A DNA stretch of 64,000 nucleotides, from IMG/VR virus record IMGVR_UViG_3300035696_001272; one strand, 5' to 3'. Both the position numbers and the translations under genes were made by a program. The notes beneath the pieces are model-generated. The model was not told where the DNA came from, did not search any database, and saw only the letters and a list, made by a program, of their open reading frames with translations. The stretch comes from a virus (lineage: Duplodnaviria > Heunggongvirae > Uroviricota > Caudoviricetes). Positions 36,843 through 44,840 of the stretch are shown here, one piece after another; positions within the stretch are counted from its first letter, which is position 1, and every line of letters starts with the position of its first letter.

Positions 36843-37604
36843 ATGATCAAGCTACCACGAACGCTACACATTGAGGGCTCCAGGCTTCCCAAGGGGAAGA
36901 CCGATCCCGAGGCGGTAGAATTTAATAAATTAGCTGGTCAATTTCTAGTGGTAGAAGAAAAGGTAGATGGCACTGGTGTCAGCCTGTTTTTTGACAAAGA
37001 CTGGAATCTACAGATTTGGCATAGAGGTAGCCCTGCCAATTCAAAAGAGTTCTACCAACTGCATCGATGGGCCGCAAATTACACCAATCAATTGTTTGAT
37101 ACTCTAGAAACTAGATACGCTCTATTTGGCGAATGGATGCATCAAAAACATACTATCTTTTACGATAGCCTTCCACATTATTTTTTGGAATCGGACATCT
37201 ACGATAGTAAAGAAAATGTATGGCTTTCTACTAAGGCAAGAAATCAATTGCTGACTAAATGTCGTCCATTTATGTTTTCAGTGCCTATCGAAAAAGCTTT
37301 CAAACCAACTCGCCTAGTTGATGTAACAAGATTAGTTACTCGTCCCATGTATCAATCGTTGCATTGGCGAGAGCGTCTTTGGAAATCTTGCGAGAGATTC
37401 AACTTAAATCTAGAGGAAGTTCTTAAACAAACTGATCAATCGGATTTAATGGAAGGGTTGTATATCAAGCATGAAGATGATCAAAAGGTCATCGGACGAT
37501 ACAAATATGTTCGTTATGAGTTCGTAGAGAACATTATTAATTCTGGCTCTCATCTTAGAGACAGACAACCTATACCAAATTTACTTTCTTCGGAGATATT
37601 CTAA
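36843..37604 (+). CDS. ATP-dependent RNA/DNA ligase-family nucleotidyltransferase (small Rnl-like, copy A)
   Basis: Motif I VVEEKVDGTGVSL (KxDG); FGEWMHQKH (motif IV-like); paralog of 42227..42892. Confidence 0.5.
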   Translation: MIKLPRTLHIEGSRLPKGKTDPEAVEFNKLAGQFLVVEEKVDGTGVSLFFDKDWNLQIWHRGSPANSKEFYQLHRWAANYTNQLFDTLETRYALFGEWMHQKHTIFYDSLPHYFLESDIYDSKENVWLSTKARNQLLTKCRPFMFSVPIEKAFKPTRLVDVTRLVTRPMYQSLHWRERLWKSCERFNLNLEEVLKQTDQSDLMEGLYIKHEDDQKVIGRYKYVRYEFVENIINSGSHLRDRQPIPNLLSSEIF

Positions 37605-37867
37605 TGTATATCATTTTCGGAATAGTGCTATTGGCTTTCATTTATCTTTTGTGGAAGCTGTTCATTGATGGATGGCTTTTCAAGATCATTCTGTTTTTTG
37701 GCGGCTGGTTTGGGATTTATGTGTTCTGTCGAATGCATCTCGAAGGGGCCACTAAAGTTGGAATTACTATCGGTGTCGATAACCCCATCTCTTTTACGTG
37801 GGCAGCAGTAGTCCCAACTGTTATATGTTTTCTAGTTCTTTTATTTACAAAGGTTCACAATGACTAA
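37604..37867 (+). CDS. membrane protein
   Basis: Three hydrophobic helices. Confidence 0.4.
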   Translation: MYIIFGIVLLAFIYLLWKLFIDGWLFKIILFFGGWFGIYVFCRMHLEGATKVGITIGVDNPISFTWAAVVPTVICFLVLLFTKVHND

Positions 37868-38288
37868 TTGGTTCAAAGGAAATGGCTTTCTTAGTGAAGA
37901 GGGTCAAAAAGTTGTGCAAGAGTTTAAAAACGCATTGAGTAATGTCTTGGCTTCCAAAGAAGTTGAAGACATGAATCATGGTGACGTTCTAACGTTACAA
38001 GCTAACATGGCTAAAATGGTGGGCGATCATTTCTCCAATTTTCTTTTAGCCAGAGAAGATGCCAAGAAAGCATTTAGTCATTTGACTGATAAACAGTTCT
38101 ATGCCTACTTGCAAGAGAAGTATGGTGACAAGTGGCAGCTGGTGGCCTTGACCAAGGAAGAGTTAGCTCGATGCCCAACACCGACACAGGAAGAGATACA
38201 GGCGGCTTTTGATCAAGGACAGGCTAATGCTGAGGCTGCCAGGAAAAATCACATTGTAATGCCTTCTTCTAATATGAGATTTAAGTGA
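37860..38288 (+). CDS. hypothetical protein
   Basis: 142 aa. Confidence 0.4.
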   Translation: MTNWFKGNGFLSEEGQKVVQEFKNALSNVLASKEVEDMNHGDVLTLQANMAKMVGDHFSNFLLAREDAKKAFSHLTDKQFYAYLQEKYGDKWQLVALTKEELARCPTPTQEEIQAAFDQGQANAEAARKNHIVMPSSNMRFK

Positions 38289-38292
38289 AATT

Positions 38293-39540
38293 ATGTTACT
38301 AGTTCAACAGTATTTGGAAACTCATAACTTCAATGAATTGATTAGGGATCATGGTGTTTATCCATCTTTCTCTAAATCAGATCGTAAGTTCTCTTTGAAT
38401 TATGATCAAATTGAAGCAAAGGAAAGTGATCCTTTGGCCCAAGAATGCCGTGGGCTAGTCTTGTCTCGTGAAGATGGTCGTTCAATATTCGAAGACCAAA
38501 ATGCTAAATTTCCTGGTGTGGAATATGATCGTTATAGCATTTCGCCTGGTAAGACCAAGGTTCTAGCATATCCTATGAAGCGATTCTTCAACTATGGCCA
38601 AGGATCTGCGGCCGAAATTAATTGGAGCGATCCATATCTGGCGGTATTAGAAAAGTTGGACGGAACTCTATGCATCGTATATTGGGATCCATTCACCGAT
38701 CAATGGTGTGTGGCAACTCGCTCAGTTCCCGAAGCAGACTTGCTGATGGACAACGGTATCTATACTTTTCGAACTTTGTTCGAGAAGGCTGTAGAAGACA
38801 CGACTGAATTGACCTTCAATGCACTAACGGGATGCCTTGATAAAGGCTATACTTATTGTTTCGAATTGACCACCCCATACAATCGTATTGTGGTGCACTA
38901 TCCAAACAATGGTGTAACTTTGCTTGCGGCTCGTGATTTAGCTACTTGTAAGGAAGTAGATTTTTATCACGAGGTAGTTCAATATCTAAACTGTGTAGTT
39001 CCATTTGTGCAAGCACACACGTACACGTCTGTGCAAGAACTTGTGGATTGGGTATCTTCATTAAACCCAATGGAACACGAAGGTGTTGTAGTTAGAGACT
39101 CTAAGTTCAACCGTATCAAGGTCAAGAATGCGGCATACGTAGCTTACAACAAGGTACGTGACGCTTTAGGAACTTCTGAACGTAATTGCGTCGAATTGAT
39201 TCTGTCAGAAAAAGATGACGATGTCATCCCAATGCTGCCAGAAGAGATTGTCAAGAACCTTCAGAAGCTCAAGGTCGGTGTTCAGGCAACTATCAAAGAG
39301 CATGATGAGGCTTATAAAATGGCCAAGGCTAAGGCTGATTTGATGGCGCCAGGTGATAAGAAGACTTTTGCTATTTTGGTTACCCAAAACAAGAGTTTAT
39401 GGTCAGCCCCATTCTTTCAAATGTTCGAGGGTAAAGTCTCGAATATGAAGGACTTTATTGCTAAGAACCGCAAAGACGGTACTTGGGGCAATAGTTTTCT
39501 TGATAAGATGCTGGAATTGGCAAAAATTCATTCGCCCTGA
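38293..39540 (+). CDS. RNA ligase, T4 Rnl1-like
   Basis: Motif I LEKLDGTLCIVYWD (KxDG[ST]L); 415 aa. Confidence 0.5.
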   Translation: MLLVQQYLETHNFNELIRDHGVYPSFSKSDRKFSLNYDQIEAKESDPLAQECRGLVLSREDGRSIFEDQNAKFPGVEYDRYSISPGKTKVLAYPMKRFFNYGQGSAAEINWSDPYLAVLEKLDGTLCIVYWDPFTDQWCVATRSVPEADLLMDNGIYTFRTLFEKAVEDTTELTFNALTGCLDKGYTYCFELTTPYNRIVVHYPNNGVTLLAARDLATCKEVDFYHEVVQYLNCVVPFVQAHTYTSVQELVDWVSSLNPMEHEGVVVRDSKFNRIKVKNAAYVAYNKVRDALGTSERNCVELILSEKDDDVIPMLPEEIVKNLQKLKVGVQATIKEHDEAYKMAKAKADLMAPGDKKTFAILVTQNKSLWSAPFFQMFEGKVSNMKDFIAKNRKDGTWGNSFLDKMLELAKIHSP

Positions 39541-39642
39541 TATATAGGGAATTTGGAGGGGTTGACGCCACCTAAAACTGGCGTTACCCTTCCAGTGACC
39601 TTCCACGGTCCTAACCTTTTTATTTTCTTTATGGAGGTAATC

Positions 39643-40092
39643 ATGTTATCACTTTGGAATCCATTAGTTCCTGTTAGGGAACGTTCGGATAGTAGAATGT
39701 CAGTAAAGAATTATTTCGACCGTTTGTTCGAGGATTCTTTTACTGCTATGACTCATGACCTATTCACTGCCCCTTGGGCTGGCCTAGGAATTGAGAACAA
39801 AAAGAATGAAGACGGCACTTTAGCTGTTTCCATTGACATTCCTGGTATCAAGGAAGAAGACATCACTATTGAAGTCAAAGAGGACGTAGTGCATGTCAAA
39901 GGTAAGCGTACTACCGCCACTTCCTCTTATGAAGTGAGCAAAGCATTCAACATCCCTGAAGGTTACACTTCAGATGATGTGAGGGCCGAGCTAACCAACG
40001 GTGTACTAACCCTGACACTTGCTGCCAAGCAGCTCCCTCAAAAAGAGGTAAAGAAGATACCAATAACTTCTCCTGTTAAACAGTTGAAGTAA
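39643..40092 (+). CDS. Hsp20/alpha-crystallin small heat-shock protein
   Basis: GGAGGT RBS before ATG 39643; alpha-crystallin core AVSIDIPGIKEEDITIEV...ELTNGVLTLTL. Confidence 0.65.
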   Translation: MLSLWNPLVPVRERSDSRMSVKNYFDRLFEDSFTAMTHDLFTAPWAGLGIENKKNEDGTLAVSIDIPGIKEEDITIEVKEDVVHVKGKRTTATSSYEVSKAFNIPEGYTSDDVRAELTNGVLTLTLAAKQLPQKEVKKIPITSPVKQLK

Positions 40093-40096
40093 GTTG

Positions 40097-40139
40097 AAAA
40101 AGGGCCGGTTGATTAAATCAACCGGCCCTTTTGTTTTTG
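40097..40139 (+). terminator. strong rho-independent terminator
   Basis: AAAAAGGGCCGGTTGAT-TAA-ATCAACCGGCCCTTTT perfect hairpin plus GTTTTTG. Confidence 0.8.
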
Positions 40140-40164
40140 CTATTAATTACGATATATACTATGT

Positions 40165-40878
40165 ATGAACAAATACATGTATGAGAGTGATTATAGTGGA
40201 GACTCTCTTAGATGGCTTACTAAGATTACCGAATTAAATCCTAAGTTCGGTAACGATGAAGAGCTTGAGAAACTTCAGGATGAAATAATTGCAGCCAAAG
40301 ATGCTGCTATGGCTTACTTCTTTGCAAGCGAATTTTCATATAAACATTACCGAATGCAAAAGGTAGTACTAGATAAAAAAGATCCTAAGTACGCTTTCGC
40401 ATTTGCTCAACATATTCCCAACGCCGATATCAAAGCATTACAAAACGTAGTCGTTGATTCAAAGAAGATTAAATACATTACCAAATTTGCCTGCTTCGTT
40501 AAACAAGCCGACCGCAAACTTTTAGAATCAGTCATTCTCAAATCTAAAAAAGTCAAGTATGCCCACATGTTACTCAAGCATGTAAAGGGCGTTGACGTTA
40601 ATAAATTCAAACAGATTATCCTTGAATCAAATAAACCACGATATCTATTCGAATTAGCTAAGCATACTCATTCGCCATCCGATATCGAGATGATAGAGGA
40701 TTTAATTATCAAATCTAACTCCTTTACTTACATGCGTCTTTTTGCTGAAAAGATAAAGAAGGCCAACGTAGATAAGATTGAACAAGCTGTTTTAGCAACT
40801 GATAATGGAGTTGAAATCAAGAAATTCGCTAAATATGTGCGAAAATCAAAGATGAAACAGTTCTTATTAGTTATGTAA
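40165..40878 (+). CDS. tandem-repeat protein (about six 29-aa Lys-rich helical repeats)
   Basis: Repeating [KN]K.[KR]Y...FA..[IV]...D.......[VI]L.S units. Confidence 0.45.
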   Translation: MNKYMYESDYSGDSLRWLTKITELNPKFGNDEELEKLQDEIIAAKDAAMAYFFASEFSYKHYRMQKVVLDKKDPKYAFAFAQHIPNADIKALQNVVVDSKKIKYITKFACFVKQADRKLLESVILKSKKVKYAHMLLKHVKGVDVNKFKQIILESNKPRYLFELAKHTHSPSDIEMIEDLIIKSNSFTYMRLFAEKIKKANVDKIEQAVLATDNGVEIKKFAKYVRKSKMKQFLLVM

Positions 40879-40879
40879 G

Positions 40880-41290
40880 TTGGTGTTATTATTGCATTGT
40901 CTTATGATTAAGACAATCAAGCATGGTGTCAATCTGATAAGACACGCTCTAAGAGATGTAGGAGTTAGCGAAAAGCGCTCTTCCAAATGGCCAACTCTAG
41001 AGAAACATTTCCTGGCCGAACATCCAACATGTGAAGCTTGTGGCAGTAAGAAGCGCTTAAATGTGCATCATTGCAAGCCTTTTCATTTAGACCCAGCCCT
41101 AGAGTTAGATCCAAACAATCTAATTACGCTATGTATGGATACCAAAGAGTGCCATCTGCATCTTGGTCATGGCGGCTCTTTCAAACAGTATTGTCCAGAC
41201 GTTAGAAAGTATGCTGCAGAAGCTTTGGCACATCCTGACAAATTTGATAATCTTGTTAAGGAAGCTTTAGCTAATAGAAAAGTTAACTGA
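40880..41290 (+). CDS. HNH nuclease
   Basis: CEACGS...NVHHCKPF...NNLITLC...CHLHLGH. Confidence 0.55.
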   Translation: MVLLLHCLMIKTIKHGVNLIRHALRDVGVSEKRSSKWPTLEKHFLAEHPTCEACGSKKRLNVHHCKPFHLDPALELDPNNLITLCMDTKECHLHLGHGGSFKQYCPDVRKYAAEALAHPDKFDNLVKEALANRKVN

Positions 41291-41303
41291 TATAGGAATC
41301 AAG

Positions 41304-41900
41304 ATGCGCCTATTCCTTTGGTCTCTCATTTTCACCGTCATATTGCTGGTCGGATTTGCACAAGTTGTTACGCCCTTTATTAAACATAAAAGTGTTGAAC
41401 ATAAATTACCAATTCACAAAACTTTATATGTAGAGCGCTACATCGAAGATGATGAATTGTTTTATATTTTTAGGGCAACGATGGAGTGGAATAAAGTTAC
41501 CAACGGCCAAGTAACCTTTGACATCAAAAGATTGCCTCAAAGAGAAATAATGGTTACGGATGCTATTGTAGTAGTTAACGTTAGCCCAGATTATCCAGAA
41601 GTCATTATGTTGGATGCATCTAAGAATCAAAAAACACTAGGCTACTGTAATATGAGTGGCTTACCTTTCATAGCCTTGATTCCAGAGAGATTAGATGATA
41701 AGATTTATACTCAGGTCATGTTACATGAACTTGGACATTCATTGGGGCTAGAACATGTTGAAGGTGATGCCGGAATAGGTATGTTGATGTATCCGACAGT
41801 CGAGCACGGTTCTTTGCATATTACTGATGGTGATTTATTTCAACTCTGTATGTTGTATCATTGTGATCCAAGGAAGTTCCATGGAGTGGACGAAAATTGA
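41304..41900 (+). CDS. secreted or membrane-anchored zinc metalloprotease (metzincin)
   Basis: N-terminal hydrophobic leader LWSLIFTVILLVGFA; HELGHSLGLEH zinc-binding motif; Met-turn candidate. Confidence 0.6.
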   Translation: MRLFLWSLIFTVILLVGFAQVVTPFIKHKSVEHKLPIHKTLYVERYIEDDELFYIFRATMEWNKVTNGQVTFDIKRLPQREIMVTDAIVVVNVSPDYPEVIMLDASKNQKTLGYCNMSGLPFIALIPERLDDKIYTQVMLHELGHSLGLEHVEGDAGIGMLMYPTVEHGSLHITDGDLFQLCMLYHCDPRKFHGVDEN

Positions 41901-42216
41901 TGTAACTCGATGTCCTACTTGCGGTTCAAGGTGGATGCGAAAGGCAAGAAAGAATTCATACACTGATTGTTCTAATAGAAGTGAATGTGGGACATGGAAG
42001 GTTCAATTTGAAAACATCAATCCCTTGCCAATTATCTGCAAACAATTTGATGATGGTAAAGGTTGGTATTACGTAATTGAATGGGATCTAACAAATAAAA
42101 AGTGTAAGGTTTCAAGCGTCAATATGTCAAAAGGTGCTCCAGTAATAAGATTTGATTTTGCATTACCATTTACAATAACTTTAGAAAAGCTAGAAATATA
42201 TTTGTTATTCTCATAA
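41881..42216 (+). CDS. hypothetical protein with N-terminal zinc ribbon
   Basis: AAGGAAG RBS; CPTCGS...C..C. Confidence 0.35.
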   Translation: MEWTKIDVTRCPTCGSRWMRKARKNSYTDCSNRSECGTWKVQFENINPLPIICKQFDDGKGWYYVIEWDLTNKKCKVSSVNMSKGAPVIRFDFALPFTITLEKLEIYLLFS

Positions 42217-42226
42217 CGGTGCTATC

Positions 42227-42892
42227 ATGGATTCCCCCAAATATAATAGAACATTCCATTTGCCCTGGAGTCCTGGTGGGACCTCGGATGACAAGATAGC
42301 TACGTCCGTTGATAATCTAATTGGTAAGCCTATCATCATTACTGAAAAGATAGATGGTTCAAATACTTCTTTAGAGACTAAAGGATGTTTTGCGCGTACT
42401 CATTCTGGCGCACCATCTCATCCATCTTTTGATGGCCTTAAAGCTTTGCACGCAACACTCAAGCATAAGATTCCTGCCAACTACCAAATGTTTGGTGAAT
42501 GGTGTTATGCACTTCATTCGATTGCCTATAATGAGCTGCCGGGATATTTTCTTCTTTTCAACATTAGAGAACTAAACGAAGTTCTTCCAACCATTTGGCT
42601 TTCTTGGGCAGAAGTTAAAATGTGGGCAGAAGATATTGGAGTTCCAACAGTTCCAGTCTTATTCGAAGGAATTGTAAAGTCAGAATCTGAATTGAAGATT
42701 TTAACAGAATCTTTTATGAAAGAAGCTTCTTGTTGCGGTGGTATAAGGGAGGGCGTGGTTGTCCGTTTAGCCAATCAATTTCAAGATAATGACTTCTCCA
42801 ATTGTGTGATGAAGTGTGTTCGTGCAAACCATGTACAAACTTCGGATCATTGGAAAGATCAGGAAATCATTAAGAATAAATTAAAGTCCTAA
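42227..42892 (+). CDS. ATP-dependent RNA/DNA ligase-family nucleotidyltransferase (small Rnl-like, copy B)
   Basis: Motif I ITEKIDGSNTSL; FGEWCYALHS; LPGYFLLFNI parallels copy A (LPHYFLESDI). Confidence 0.5.
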   Translation: MDSPKYNRTFHLPWSPGGTSDDKIATSVDNLIGKPIIITEKIDGSNTSLETKGCFARTHSGAPSHPSFDGLKALHATLKHKIPANYQMFGEWCYALHSIAYNELPGYFLLFNIRELNEVLPTIWLSWAEVKMWAEDIGVPTVPVLFEGIVKSESELKILTESFMKEASCCGGIREGVVVRLANQFQDNDFSNCVMKCVRANHVQTSDHWKDQEIIKNKLKS

Positions 42893-42901
42893 TTTGGGTG
42901 C

Positions 42902-42929
42902 TTGACTCCCCCGGCATCTGCGTTATATT
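42902..42929 (+). promoter_or_regulatory. sigma70-like promoter
   Basis: TTGACT, 16 nt spacer, TATATT; downstream TTATGTGAA also occurs after the promoter at 19865. Confidence 0.45.
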
Positions 42930-42980
42930 ATGTGAATAACTAGACATCAGATACAGGGGAATTTAACGAAGGATAGAACT

Positions 42981-43247
42981 ATGGGTTTACGTAGATTTCA
43001 TTTCGAAAGATTGGAAGATGCGTCTGGAGTAAGTGGTTGTGGAAGAGTAGCTGAAGGCTGCTTATTTACTGATACTGGAGAGGCCGTTGTCCACTGGTTG
43101 GGCGGTCACGGAAGTATTAACGTATACCACTCCATTGATGATGTGATCTATGTTCATGGTCATGAGGGTAGGACTAAGCTTATCTTCGATGATCCACAAC
43201 CTGTTGAAAGCGGAAAGAAAGAAGAATTAAAGAAGGATGGAAACTAA
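42981..43247 (+). CDS. hypothetical protein
   Basis: 88 aa. Confidence 0.35.
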   Translation: MGLRRFHFERLEDASGVSGCGRVAEGCLFTDTGEAVVHWLGGHGSINVYHSIDDVIYVHGHEGRTKLIFDDPQPVESGKKEELKKDGN

Positions 43248-43959
43248 GTTACGCACAATATTCATTGGCGACATTCATGGTTGTATTGATGAGTTCAATG
43301 AGCTACTTGAAAAACTCAAGTATGATCCACAAGGAGATGAACTCATCCTATTAGGAGATTTGGTAGATCGCGGCCCCGATTCTGTGGCGGTCGTTCAGAA
43401 AGCTAGAGAGATGAATGTAAAGTGCCTTATGGGCAACCATGAACACAAGTTCGTCAAATGGTTCAGATCACAAGGAACCAAAGTAGATGTTTATGATCGT
43501 AGAGACTACTACGGAAAGTTATCCGATCAAGATATTGTTTATATTCACGACATGCCACTCTATGTTGAGTTTGCAGATGTCATTGCAGTTCACGCCGGGT
43601 TAAAACCCGGCATTCGTTTATCTGAGCAGTCAAAAGATGATCTCATGTACTTGAGATACACTGATTCAGATAGGAAATTCATTAGTCTCAAAAAAATCAA
43701 CAAGCTAGGCAAGGAACAACTTGGCGCTAGGTTCTGGACAGAGTTCTGGTCAGGGCCAAAGAGTGTAGTGTATGGGCACAACGTTCACTCTTACACAGAT
43801 CCTCTTATTGAGGAGACGGCTCCAGGTGTAACTTGTTATGGCATAGATACCGGCTGTTGCTTTGGTGGACGACTAACCGCCCTCATTTGGGAGACCAAGG
43901 AAATCGTCCAGGTCCAAGCGAAAAAGGCATATTACAAATCAGACTTCGAAATAAGATAA
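43237..43959 (+). CDS. PPP-family Ser/Thr or diadenosine-tetraphosphatase-like metallophosphatase
   Basis: GDIHGC, GDLVDRGP, GNHE motifs (lambda-PPase/ApaH-like). Confidence 0.65.
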   Translation: METKLRTIFIGDIHGCIDEFNELLEKLKYDPQGDELILLGDLVDRGPDSVAVVQKAREMNVKCLMGNHEHKFVKWFRSQGTKVDVYDRRDYYGKLSDQDIVYIHDMPLYVEFADVIAVHAGLKPGIRLSEQSKDDLMYLRYTDSDRKFISLKKINKLGKEQLGARFWTEFWSGPKSVVYGHNVHSYTDPLIEETAPGVTCYGIDTGCCFGGRLTALIWETKEIVQVQAKKAYYKSDFEIR

Positions 43960-43990
43960 ATCACTCCAACCAACCTGAGGTACTACCAAC

Positions 43991-44506
43991 ATGAAAGAGA
44001 AAAAAGCCGACCTGTTCGAAACCATTTTTGAGGACAAAGTTGATGCGATATGCATCACAACAAACGGACAATATACTCTAGATGGTAAGGCGGCTATGGG
44101 TGGTGGATGTGCAGGAGTTTGTGCCAAGCGCTGGCCCACTACAGCGATTAGATTGGGCAAGTGTTTGAAGAACTTCGGCACCAATGTTCCATTCGTAATT
44201 GGAGCGCTCGATGTCAAAGGAAACTATATTGACATCACTCTCAAGATGATCAAGGAACGTAAGTTCAAGTGCTTGATACTCAGCTTCCCAACTATCAACA
44301 ACTTGATTGATGGGGCCAGCTTAGATCTGATCAAGCGGTCAGCTCTTGAGTTAAGGGTAATGGCTGACAAGTATGATTTAAGAAACATAATTGTCCCTCG
44401 ACCAGGTGTTGGTATAGGCGGCTTGACATGGGGTGATGTCAAATCAGTCTTAGAACCAATTCTCGACGACAAATTCACAATCGTTTCTTTTGAACACGAG
44501 GAATAA
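43991..44506 (+). CDS. macro-domain-like protein
   Basis: VDAICITTNG...AMGGGCAGV resembles the macro N-terminal DAIVNAAN...GGGGVDGAI. Confidence 0.4.
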   Translation: MKEKKADLFETIFEDKVDAICITTNGQYTLDGKAAMGGGCAGVCAKRWPTTAIRLGKCLKNFGTNVPFVIGALDVKGNYIDITLKMIKERKFKCLILSFPTINNLIDGASLDLIKRSALELRVMADKYDLRNIIVPRPGVGIGGLTWGDVKSVLEPILDDKFTIVSFEHEE

Positions 44507-44508
44507 TT

Positions 44509-44682
44509 ATGAACAAGGGAAAGTTGATCTGGTGGGGCAGTAATGCCGTCCTTTTTCTAATGTATTGGGCAATGTTCACGGCAATTTGGAACTGGTGGAT
44601 TGCTCTAAACTTAGCTGCAACTATAACTGGAATACAGATATATATTCAGTACGAATTGGATAAAGGCAAAATAATAAAATGA
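44509..44682 (+). CDS. small membrane protein (57 aa; not in the ORF track)
   Basis: ATG 4 nt after the stop; Trp-rich hydrophobic LIWWGSNAVLFLMYWAMFTAIWNWWIAL. Confidence 0.3.
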   Translation: MNKGKLIWWGSNAVLFLMYWAMFTAIWNWWIALNLAATITGIQIYIQYELDKGKIIK

Positions 44683-44840
44683 AACTACTGAAGTGCAAGC
44701 TATGTTTGGGTGAAATTGATATCGTCGGAAACGAACGCTCTGTCAACAGAAAAGTAAAATGTCAGAAGTGCGGATTCACAAATGAATTCGAGAACAAAGG
44801 TCCGGAAGTTGTTGTGATTAAGAAGCGTCCTGTCCAATGA
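44679..44840 (+). CDS. small zinc-ribbon protein (53 aa; not in the ORF track)
   Basis: ATGA overlap; CKLC...CQKC. Confidence 0.3.
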   Translation: MKLLKCKLCLGEIDIVGNERSVNRKVKCQKCGFTNEFENKGPEVVVIKKRPVQ

